A stretch of 64,000 bases of DNA, taken from contig NC_092347.1 in the NCBI RefSeq assembly GCF_963676685.1, forward strand, positions 73,408,001 through 73,472,000. Reading direction: 5' to 3'. Numbering within the stretch: the first letter of the stretch is position 1; each line of letters opens with the position of its first letter. Below are positions 52,703 through 64,000 of this stretch, one piece after another. The DNA is from Mytilus edulis (lineage: Eukaryota). The position numbers and the translations under genes were made by a program. Under the pieces are notes generated by a model. That model saw only the letters and a list, made by a program, of their open reading frames with translations. It had not been told where the DNA came from and did no database searches.

Positions 52703-53817
52703 GTACATTTACTGACATGAAAACTCATAAAATATTACCTATTAAAAATTCATATAAATTGGGAACTCATAGTGTTAGCAATTATGCTAACATGATACAT
52801 AAAAAAAATTAAAAAATCAGATTATGTGGAACTAATATATATATACATCTTATAGATTCCTCCTCCTTAGATTTTGTAATTCATGTTTGCCCCTGGCAAT
52901 TGAAAGCCTGACAAATATTGTGAATGGGCATATATCTATTGTTGAAGATTGTATGTTGACCTTGACATGTAAATCAGATTTCCTTTTTTAACATGGTCAA
53001 ATGCAAGATCAAGAGGTCAGAAGGAAATATTTTGTGATAGTTTACTTACAATCAAGTTAGCTGCACAATGTAGCATGCTTTATATAAAATCCTATGGATT
53101 TTTTCTCTGAAAATATTTGGTCAATTCAAAAGAAATTAAGTGCAAGCCTTTAGGAACTTCTTTATTTAATTTATTTTTTTAGAAATTCCAGTCTAATTTT
53201 AAATCTAACAAGAAAAGATGCATATTTTTATAATTGAATTAAATTGGCTTTAATAAGTACATAATTATAAGTAAATCAAGAACCAACCTTTTATAATCAG
53301 GAATTCCCTCCTTGAAAGAAAGTTATTGTTGAAAGTTGTTGACAGTATTATTCATTTCCGAGACATGACATACAAGTACGCCTTGGGCAATAATATCACA
53401 ACTGTTTTGGTTCTATTAAGGTTAAACAAGAATTACGTATTAGTGGTGTTTTTAATATAACTTTATGACCAAGGGATTGTTATATTAAGTGCAAGCGGAA
53501 AAGTATGAATTGTTATTTATTAGAAGTAGGCACTGCATGATGTAAACAAATAGACTATTATATATATATATAGCTTTACTTTAATATTTGGATTATAAGT
53601 GGATTGTTTATCAACAATTTGTTTTGTTTACAGAAATCAGAGGTTTGTATTGAGTTTTAAAATTTACTTTATCAGCATTAATTCATCTTTCTTCCTAAAT
53701 AATCCAAAAAATTTAAAAAAGCCTTGAATAATCCAGTAGCTCGAATTCTTTCCACTAATGAGTGATTATGGAAGGGATGGGTTTGCCCTTCTTATAACTC
53801 AGTTATATGTTATATAA

Positions 53818-53998
53818 CACCTGAGATCACCCCTAGTTTTGGTGGGGTTCGTGTTGTTTATTCTTTATAGTTTTGTATGTTGTGTCATGTGTACTATTGT
53901 TTTTCTGTTTGTCTTTTTCATTTTTAGCCATGGCGTTGTCAGTTTGTTTTAGATTTATGAGTTTGACTGTCCCTTTGGTATCTTTCGTCCCTCTTTTA
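53818..53998 (+). repeat. Dispersed repeat (cacctgagatcacccc...cgtccctctttta)
   Basis: Inverted relative near 16825..17010 and a partial copy after 59920. Confidence 0.55.
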
Positions 53999-56900
53999 TA
54001 CACTTTTTTTTTAGATGTTTTCTCCACCTTTTTTTTAAATTTATTTTGTAATACTACTGTTCCTGCCGTTTGGAATTGTTGGCTGTACATGGTTTACCTT
54101 CCATTTCTATCCTTCCTTTAATCCCCTATTTGCTGTCATAATTTTAATTCCCAATTCCCTATGCTTTTAAAGAAGGGGTATAATGTATGTTCATTCTTTC
54201 TTATGTGTGTCTGTCTCAAGAAATTTTGTTGTATTGTTCTCAAGAACTTCATGTACAAATTGAGTTTACTGAAAATGGGTACTAGGCTTCAAGTTCATTT
54301 GAGCATTCTACAATTAGTGATGCATTTTCATATTTCATCAACACCCTTTACAAAATATATTCTTGCTCATAATGGTTGTGTATTATATAACAGTTTTGTC
54401 AAATTTTACTTGAAATACTTTCTGAAATTTGGTATCAAGCTTCATGTGAGCATATTGTACTGCTTGATGCCTTTTATTGCTTCTTAACTTCCTGCTAATT
54501 GAAAACTGTATAATTTCTTACAATATTTGCACATAATAATGGCCATGAATGAAAAGTTTTGTCAATTTTTTCTCAGGAACTACAAATTAGAACTTTCTTT
54601 ATTTCGGCATTAAGCTTAATGTGGGCATGCTAATAGACCAGAAACATATAAAATATAATACTCTGAACAGACTAATGTTTTTCAATACATGGCTCATCAA
54701 CTTCCTGTTCAGAGAATAATTAAGGGTATCATAAGTGAGCCATAGTTCAACTTGTTTACAAATTTTTAAGGATCTTGAAGATTTAGAGCTTTGACATATT
54801 GTATACACCATTATTACCAATCATTGAAGTCTGTCAGCAGACCAAAAATAATATGCTTGCTGTAATGGAAATAACTTACTGCAAATATATATTTAACAGA
54901 CTGAAGATTCCAATGAATACATATAGAAAAAAAATAACTTATAATCAATTATGAAGGAAAAGAAAGTCTACTGGCTGAATAGAATACTGTGAATTCATTA
55001 TTATTGGTTAAATACCAATTTTCATGGTTTACTTGGGCACAGGTGAACCATGAATTCTTGTAATTAGACATAATTTAAATAAAGAATTAAAATTAAAAAT
55101 TAAATCTATAATGAAGTCATAAAAATGTGTATTTACTCCTTATCCTAGTTTATGACTCGATAAATACTTCCACCATGACTCCCAAACAAGTGTTGTTATA
55201 ATATATCCTTCTAGTTTATCATCCATAATTAGAATTTTTATATGTACATGTACAAACATGCATTTCCTCCGAATTCAGTATTTTTGTGATTTGATTTCAC
55301 TTTTTACATATAACTGAATTTTTACTCCAAAAAAATGACTTGTGTTTTAGAAAATAGGGGTTACTTTTCACATAAAATATTTAAATGTTTTTAATTTCTC
55401 ACAATGGTCATTATGGATAAAGAAAAGATTAAAATGTAACATCCCATTATAATATATTTGTCCACTTGAGATCTTTATTATTGTAAACGCATTATTATGT
55501 ATACACGTCTTTGCCCCAAGGACATGTAATATATTTTTTCCCCTTTGGGTGATATAAGTTTGATTAGTTACTAGCATCATAAATATTTTAATCATTGGTC
55601 ATAATTTATAAGTGTATGGATGAATTTCCTTATGTACAAAATATACAGCTATTTTTACTTTTAACTTTTTTTCAATGATCCTAAGGTGAAATTTAAACAA
55701 AACATGACTTTTGTTAGACTATGATCAAGGTCTAGGATATCTATACAAACTTTATAAAGAAGAACAGGTAAACGTTTTGAGTTATTTAAACCATGAGGAC
55801 ATATTTTGAATTGTTTCCTTGTGTTGATCGGGGACAGGGAAGAAAATAGAGGTAATTTTGTCTCAGTATAATCCATATATTAAATTAATGGCATTAAGTT
55901 TAAGATAAAACAATAGGACAATCCGGAAATTGATAGTATTACTAAGAATGAATAATATGATGCCAATTGTTGGTAAATCTTGTGACTTTATATTTATCTT
56001 TTAAACAGAAAATTTGCAAACTTAATTGATTATTCTAAAATATTAGGTTAGACCTACATGACAGATTTTAGATAGGTGGGATAAATATTTTTCTGCTGGG
56101 GTCTCAAGATTTATAACAAATATTTTCTCCCCAAAATTGTTTCAAAATGTCAAAAATGTGTGTCATATTAACGTGTACCGGTACATGTACTTTTAAAGGG
56201 GGCAGGGCCTGAAAAAATGAATGTTGACATGATTAGCAATCTATTGTTATATATTTTCTTTAAGTTCTAGAACTTATAAAAGTATTACAATGTATCACCA
56301 ATATTTAAGATAAAGGCTGAAATCAGTTAAAATACTATATAAATTTAAATCAAGATCCTGATCATTCCAATTCACTATTTTTGGGGTAAAATAATAAAAA
56401 TATCATGTATATATTTTTCCCTAAATGAGGGGGTGGCAATGTAATTTAAATATAACATGCATTGATATATTGACATGGACAATAGAAGCATGTCAAATTG
56501 ATTGTATACAAAATGACCACATACAAATAAATATGTTAAAAATGTCACAGATTTTAAATGACTCACTTGTAAGTGTGTTACTAATCTTTTATTAAAGGAG
56601 AAAAGAAGATTAATATAGACATGATACATATGTATGTGTAAAATTATGAGGTAACTACTATAAGTCTTGATTTAAAAAAAATACTTTGGACATAAAAGAT
56701 TGTTTTACTAATATAGACAGTTGTAAGTATTTATAAAACAGTTCTGTGTAAGCTGGTGTCTAATACATGTAGGGTTCACATTAGACAGATTTACACTGTA
56801 CTTAGAATTATTTTCAAGTTCATGATATATTTCAAGTAGAATTGTTGAAAAGGTCAAGAACTGCACCAGGATGAGGCAAATACCTTATATATATACAATA

Positions 56901-57110
56901 TTAGGTCAATGAAAGAAAAATATAAACTTTTTTGTATGAGGCTGAATAACTGGGGAAGCCCTTCCCCAGTTTTGCGCAGAGTAAAAAAAGTATATATTTT
57001 TATGACATTGATCTAATATTGTTTTTATACTTCAACTTAAATTAATAAATTGATAGCTTTTAAATCGTTACAAAAAGGTAAAAATTATTTACATCCCTTA
57101 ATGAATATTG

Positions 57111-57248
57111 CGGAGAAAGTGTTCCATGATGAAATTGACATTGCACAGAAATTAAAATATAGGAGAAAGTGTTCCATGATGAAATTGACATTGCACAAAA
57201 TATAGGAGAAAGTGTTCCATGATGAAATTGACATTGCACAAAATATAG
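57111..57248. repeat. Three tandem ~43-50-bp units ggagaaagtgttccatgatgaaattgacattgcac
   Basis: Directly visible near-identical copies. Confidence 0.85.
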
Positions 57249-57460
57249 CTGTGTTACTATATTTAGGAAAAAAACACAACCAGTTGCAGTATAAAAACTG
57301 TTAAATTACATTTTATTTAAACTTTTAAGGATTAAAAGGTTGGAGAAAAAAAAAAATTTTCTTAGTATTCATATTTCATTTGTATTTGTACATATAGTTT
57401 GAAAGTTTGTAAGTTATTCTGGTAGATTAAAAAATAAAAAGAAAATAATCATTAACATTG

Positions 57461-57525
57461 TTTTTATACGACCGCAAAATTTGAAAAAATTTTCGTCGTA
57501 TATTGCTATCACGTTGGCGTCGTCG

Positions 57526-57557
<32 letters not shown>

Positions 57558-59040
57558 GTCGTCCGAATACTTTTAGTTTTCGCACTCTAACTTTAGTAAA
57601 AGTGAATGGAAATCTATGAAATTTTAACACAAGGTTTATGACCACAAAAGGAAGGTTGGTATTGATTTTGGGAGTTTTGGTCCCAACATTTTAGGAATTA
57701 GGGACCAAAAAGGGCCCAAATAAGCATTTTCTTGGTTTTCGCACTATAACTTTAGTTTAAGTTAATAGAAATCTATGAAATTTTGACACAAGGTTTATGA
57801 CCACAAAAGAACGGTTGGGATTGATTTTGGGAGTTTTGGTTTCAACAGTTTAGGAATTAGGGGCCAAAAAGGGCCCAAATAAGCATTATTCTTGGTTTTC
57901 GCACAATAACTTTAGTTTAAGTAAATAGAAATCTATGAAATTTAAACACAAGGTTTATGACCATAAAAGGAAGGTTGGTATTGATTTTGGGAGTTTTGGT
58001 CCCAACAGAATAAGGGGCCCAAAGGGTCCAAAATTAAACTTTGTTTGATTTCATCAAAATTGAATAATTGGGGTTCTTTGATATGCCGAATCTAACTGTC
58101 ATGACTGTGTATGTAGATTCTTAACTTTTGGTCCCGTTTTCAAATTGGTCTACATTAAGGTCCAAAGGGTCCAAAATTAAACTTAGTCTGATTTTAACAA
58201 AAATTGAAATCTTGGGGTTCTTTGATATGCTGAATCCAAAAATGTACTTAGATTTTTTATTATGGGCCCAGTTTTCAAGTTGGTCCAAATCAGGATCTAA
58301 AATTATTATATTAAGTATTGTGCAATAGCAAGTCTTTTCAATTGCACAGTATTGCTCAATGGCAAGAAATATATAATTGCACAATATTGTGAAATAGGAA
58401 ATTTTTTTTTAATTAGAGTTATCTTTCTTTGTCCAGAATAGTAAGCAAGAAATATCTAATTGCAAAATATTGTGCCATAGCAAGATTTTTTTTAATTGGA
58501 GTTATCTTTCTTTGTCCAGAATCAACTTAAATCTTTGTTATATACAATATACAATGTATATTCACTTTTTACTACCAACTGATAAATTAAAATAATCTTT
58601 ACCATTCAGTGATAACAAGCAGTTTTTTTTACATCTTAATATTTTATGATGTATTTAAATGAGTAGTTATTGTTGCAAACTCCATTAGAAATTTTAATTG
58701 AGATTAGTTTTGGAATAAGGGAAAGGGGGATGTGATTAAAAAAATTGGGTTCAATTTTTCTCATTTGAAATTTCATAAATAAAAAAGAAAATTTCTTCAA
58801 ACATTTTTTTGAGAGGATTAATATTCAACAGCATAGTGAATTGCTCTAAGAGAAAACAAAAATTTTAAGTTCATTAGAACACATTCATTCTGTGTCAGAA
58901 ACCTATGCTGTGTCAACTATTTAATCACAATCCAAATTTAGAGCTGAATCCAGCTTGAATGTTGTGTCCATACTTGCCCCAACCGTTCAGGGTTCAACCT
59001 CTGCGGTCGTATAAAGCTACGCCCTGCGGAGCATCTGGTT
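57461..59040 (+). mobile_element. Apparently complete Helentron-associated (DINE-1-like) element
   Basis: Subterminal inverted repeat tttatacgaccgca (57463..57476) / tgcggtcgtataaa (59002..59015); (GTC)n microsatellite; three ~160-bp internal tandem units (57577, 57736, 57896); short 3' stem-loop and TT end. Confidence 0.75.
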
Positions 59041-59435
59041 AAAACTGCAATATGATGTTACATTAACTTTGCAATAATTGACACTATATCTATTTGCTAG
59101 ACCCAAAATTTTACTGGACAGATGGATACAGTACAGTATTAACTGTCCAGTAGTCCATATGCTCATTGGTGTGGTAATCATTCTCTATAATTCTAAATCC
59201 ATAAAAATGTTCAAATACTGTTTATTCCAAACATGTAAGGTTTTTCTACCCCTGGGCATAGATGACAGTAACCCCATTTAAATGATTATTTTTTTATGGG
59301 AATATTGGGATATTTGATTTTCAACTTTGAAATAAGTTAAGCTTCAAACTGTTTTGAATTTAGCACCACTGATGAGTCTTGTGTAGACAAAATGAAAATC
59401 TAGAGTACGAAATTAAAATCTTGGTGATTATACCC

Positions 59436-59942
59436 TTTTTAAGTACCTATGATCACCCCCAGGTTTAAGTACCTATGATCATCCCCAGGTTTTTAAGTAC
59501 CTATGATCACCTTCAGGTTTTTAAGTACCTATGATCACCCCAAGGTTTTTAAGTACCTATCATCACCCCCAGCCTATGATCACCCCCAGGTTTAAGTACC
59601 TATGATCACCCCCAGGTTTAAGTACCTATGATCACCCCCAGGTTTAAGTACCTATGATCACCCCCAGGTTTTTAAGTACCTATGATCACCCCCAGGTTTT
59701 TAAGTACCTATGATCAACCCAAGGTTTAAGTACCTATGATCACCCCCAGGTTTAAGTGCCTATGATCACCCCCAGGTTTAAGTACCGATGATCACCCCCA
59801 GGTTTAAGTACCTATGATCACCCCCAGGTTTTTAAGTACCTATGATCACCCCCAGGTTTAAGTACCTATGATCACCCCCAGGTTTTTAAGTACCTATGAT
59901 CACCCCCAGGTTTTTAAGTACCTATGATCACCCCCAGGTTTT
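59436..59942. repeat. Minisatellite, about 19 copies of 26-28 bp aagtacctatgatcacccccaggttt(tt)
   Basis: Directly visible head-to-tail array without spacers. Confidence 0.95.
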
Positions 59943-60208
59943 GGGTGGGGTTCTTGTTGCTCAGTCTTAAGTATTCTTTGTTGTGTTGTGCTAATGCAGC
60001 GTAAAGCAACCAATAATCAATCAATCAATCTTTGTTGTGTTTTGTGTACTATTGTTTGTCTGTATATTCTAGATATTTATCCACTTTTCTCGACTTAGCT
60101 CAGTTTGAACATGTCATACTTAAATTTGGATATATCAAATAAATATTTGGTTGTGAAATTTTGTCTTTAATGTAAATTAATGTTGATTCATTCTTTTGTT
60201 TCTTCCAG

Positions 60209-61165
60209 CTTTAAGAAGTAGAGGAGGAGGGCCTCGTTTCTCTGCGCCAGTTGAGGATCAATTTACATATGCTTTAGCTAAACCTCTTGAAGACAACGAT
60301 CATCCATCCAAATCACAAAAGGAAAGTTTCCGCCATACTTATACTGAAGGAAGTAAACAAGTTTGTACCTCGTTAAGTGGGACAAGTGTAGATTCGGGAG
60401 TTGAGGACCCAGATGAATATGATCATACTGTGACGTGGGTCACAAACGGTGGTAAAAACAGAATGGCACAGGTAATACCTAATCCTACTTCTATTCAGAC
60501 AGAGAAACATATTATACATGAACACAGTGAGACCAAAGATCCCAGTTCGCAAACAAATCCTGATGCTCATAAAAAAGACACTAAATTGTATGCTGCACCT
60601 TATGAGGATGCATGGGACACAACTGATAGCCAAATGAAATTTGACAAGATTATCGACAAGGCTAAAAAAGAATATCGTAAAAAGTCTCATTCAGATGATT
60701 ATGAAGAACCGGTATCAACTTCAACTTCAACTCCAACTTCAGCAACATATGAAGAAGCTTGGGATTTAAAACCTAGGGAACAAAAATTAGAAAATACTGT
60801 GCAGGAAGCTCACAGGAGAATGAGTGAGGGACAGCAAAACTTATCAAAGCGAAGAGATAATTATGAGTACAAGGAACCATGGTCAATGAAAGGTCAACCT
60901 GAACCCAGTTCAAAGGTAAAAAATGGAAATCCAGAACACCCAGTGTATTCAGAAGCCTATGAGGATCCCTGGGATATTAAACAGCGTGAAAAAGTAAAAG
61001 CTTTAGAAAAACGATTTAATAGTGCTGCGATTTCACCAAAATCACCAAATAGTCAAGATCATATGGATGTGCCAAGTTTTCCTGCACCCCCACCGCCAAA
61101 TGTACAAACATATGAAGAAACATGGGATAAAAATCAGTTTGTTAATCGAACATCTCATCACTCAG
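60209..61165 (+). CDS. Large internal exon of SHB/SHF/SHD-like adaptor with repeated Y-E-[DE]-x-W-D motifs
   Basis: ttccag acceptor ends at 60208, phase 1; YEDAWD, YEEP, YEEAWD, YKEPWS, YEDPWD, YEETWD; proline-rich PAPPPP; donor at 61166, phase 1. Confidence 0.85.
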
Positions 61166-63666
61166 GTAAATTATTGATATTGTATTCTCATAGTTTGTAG
61201 AAATAGTACAGATTTGAATTTTAACTTTCGCTTTCATATCATAATAATAATTAATGTATAGTTTGATGAATGAAGAAAATAACGGTTGAGGTTGCTCAGA
61301 AAACTAATTAAGCTTAAACCAGTAACATGCCAATATTCCTGTCCTTATATGAAACTAAGAAGATGTGGTATGATTGCCAATGTAACAACTCTCCACCAGA
61401 GAATAATGGCATGTGATTTAACATCCATAGGTCCGACACTGTATAGCCTTCAACAATGAGCAATACCCATACTGCATTTTTCGCAATAATAAAAACATCG
61501 CAATAATTTCTGAATTTACAGTAATAACAAATTAAATGTATTTAGCATGACATTGTGCAGTGTCATTCTAATTTTAGGGATATCATAAAGCCATTTCAAA
61601 GCACCATGGGTTTTTTCTCCTAATTTGACAGGAACTATAGTTTTCATAATACATGTACATGTAATACATAGGCACAAACTCTTTAGAGCCTCTAGTTTGT
61701 TCTTTAAGTACATTTCTAATGACAAATCATGGCTAGATTTTAATCTATTCACTACTTCAAATTAAAACTAAAGATCCTTATATGGTATAGACACTTGCCT
61801 ATTACTAAAGTCGAAATATATGTTGACCTCTAGATGATTTAGGGTGGATTTTTCCCTTGGTTGCTGTCTCGTTAATGTATAATGTACTGTCAGAATAAAT
61901 TAAATTAAAGTATTCACGGTAAATTTTTTAATCCACAAGTCAGAAGCTTAATTTTACAAAACTTTTTGGTGGATTCTGTTGGATCGTAGAGAAGAATTTT
62001 ACAAGCCTAGGCTGGTGGTCTTATGGTTAAGAGTGAAGACTCTCATCTTTTTTTTTTGTATTTAAAGTTTAGATCTGAAACAACTACATGTATCAACCAT
62101 CTTGAACCAAACTGAATCATCCTGAAAAACTTTTGAAAACTTTTTTTTTTATCTTAAACATGTTAAATTCAGCCATCATAGAAGTTGTGCAATAAAAAAT
62201 TTCAAAAAAGAGGGAAATACTGAAAATGGTCTGTTGATAGATGCTTACTTCAATACTTAAGTCTTGTTAAAAGATGCTTAATAAAACTTGTTGTTTTGGG
62301 AGGGGCTAAATTTCAGCTTGTGTCACAGCTCTGATCATTATTATATGAAATATATTTCTAAATGTGGGTCCAATTGTTATTAAGAAATTATTCAAAATAC
62401 AGATTTCAACTTCCTGAATATTATACAAACTACATTGTATTTGGTGAATCTTATTCTTTTGTGAAAACAATTTTATTTGAACAGTGATGTACAATGTACG
62501 TTGCTTTCACAAACATTCAAGTCGCTGTAATGAAAGCCTCTTTCTTCCTGGATGCATCGATGCGATACAAAATTACTTTAGTTTTACTGCATAAATCATG
62601 AAAATGAATGCAATTTAATCAATTTTTACCTGGGTACTGTAATGAATTATTTTCTGTTTGAAATGTTTCATGGTACTAAGATACCCCCAATACCTGGTGT
62701 TAAGGAGCATACTGTTTCTGGTAAGCATTGGGTTATTTAATTGTATAGATCTTTATATTTCAAATAGAAAAGGTAAGCATATACATTTAAATACAGATTT
62801 ATTATCATTTTTCAATGCCTTTTATGAGGTGCTCTTTTAATTCATGCACATATGATAATCCAATGAAAAATTTACATTGTTACAAGATGTCATTTCAGTC
62901 TTATATAGGCAAAATGTATTAAAAAATGGGGTGACAGCTATACTACAATAGAATACTATTATTGCATTGAATGAATGCAGAGGTAAATGTCAGTCACACT
63001 TCCTGATTAAGAAATAAAAATGTCTGCTCTTAATTTAATATGACATGCGACAATGATGCATTAAGCTTTTGCCTTTACACTAAGCATTAGCATTAACAAA
63101 CGGTAAAATATGCACCTAAAATATGCCTTACCCAGGATGAAAGTAGAAAACAGCATGGCATTAAAGATTTATAACAATTCTATTAGATTAATTGTGAACT
63201 TTTTTACTTTGAAGTAAACAAAAAAACAAAGAAAAGCAGCCATTTTGATTTATCATGTATCAAAAACGTTTCAAAAAACATTTATTCTTCACGTTAAAAT
63301 GCCATATTTTGATTGGCTAATATGAGGGTGTTAATTTACTCTATCATGTGGCTGAGCAGGTGACAATTCTTTCGAATGTCACCCTCTTAATTGTCCAGAC
63401 CAATCAAAAATCGACAATTCAGAGTACAATGAATTGAATCTACATCAAGTAATTTAAGACAATGCTTAAGTATTACGTGTTTGTTCAGATTTTATTACTT
63501 GACTGTCAAAATAAAACATTTATTTTTCACTTCTGTTGATTTTTTAATACCCTTAATGTTGTTATGTACATGACGTCATAGAAAATACTTTTAAATACAA
63601 TTCATCTGCAAAAGAAAATAATGATAGGACATTCAGTATAATTAATTAAATAATACATACATTTTG

Positions 63667-63780
63667 TAGCTGAGAGGGTGATAGAGCAGACTGGTACCTC
63701 CCTAAAACGCATTGTCAACCTTGGCTGTGGTTGACAATGTTTTCTCGAGGTAACAGTCTGCTCTATCACCCTCTCAGCTA
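63667..63780. repeat. Long hairpin at the end of a non-autonomous element
   Basis: tagctgagagggtgatagagcagactg and its exact reverse complement. Confidence 0.7.
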
Positions 63781-63858
63781 TGTATTTATATAGTGATAAT
63801 TGTGATCAAAGTGTAAGTTAAGCAGCAAATCTAGATATTTACTTTTAATTTTTTTTAG

Positions 63859-63961
63859 GTAATTCACCAAACCAAAGAAGGCAATCAGAAGGAATGAGAA
63901 CAAGTCGGACAGAGATGATTGCAGAACGAATAAATCCAGATATTCCATTAGATATACAAAA
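63859..63961 (+). CDS. Exon of SHB-like adaptor immediately preceding the SH2 domain; gene continues beyond the window
   Basis: Poly-T ag acceptor, phase 1; AERINPDIPLDIQ matches the SHB-family pre-SH2 motif GERVDPAVPLEKQ; GTAAGT donor at 63962. Confidence 0.8.
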
Positions 63962-64000
63962 GTAAGTGAAGCTCCACCTATTATAGCAGATGTATATTAT

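Noticed and set aside
57427-57645. Arg-rich 72-aa ORF
   Set aside because: Translation of the (GTC)n microsatellite inside a Helentron-like element.
59436-59942. CRISPR-like appearance of the 26-28-bp array
   Set aside because: Units are head-to-tail with no unique spacers, the context is eukaryotic and there are no cas genes.

Overview
AT-rich, intron-containing eukaryotic genomic DNA. The repeat content (hammerhead-ribozyme repeats, Helentron/DINE-1-like elements, V- and Meta-type SINEs, Penelope-like retroelements) suggests a bivalve, most likely Mytilus-like; this is inference. Four protein-coding genes can be assembled by hand with canonical GT-AG introns and consistent phases. (1) + strand 279..3429, 4 exons, 199 aa secreted protein whose exon structure, Cys spacing and helix-D register resemble the IL-6/G-CSF long-chain four-helix cytokines; its promoter has STAT-like, NF-kB-like, TATA and Inr motifs. 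This is the main candidate novelty. (2) + strand 17351..24690, 3 coding exons, 707 aa cytoplasmic protein with three ~96-aa tandem repeats and a C-terminal TRIF/TRAM (TICAM)-like TIR domain. (3) - strand 29388..31946, intronless 852 aa Toll-like receptor with Val instead of Pro in the BB loop, convergent with gene 2. (4) + strand from 39503 to beyond the window end, an SHB/SHF/SHD-like phosphotyrosine adaptor whose SH2 exons should lie past 64000. Genes 1-3 form a candidate receptor-adaptor-cytokine innate immune cluster within 32 kb. The rest is intronic or intergenic DNA rich in transposon relics, hairpin MITEs and tandem repeats. All family assignments come from motif recognition by eye; no searches were run.
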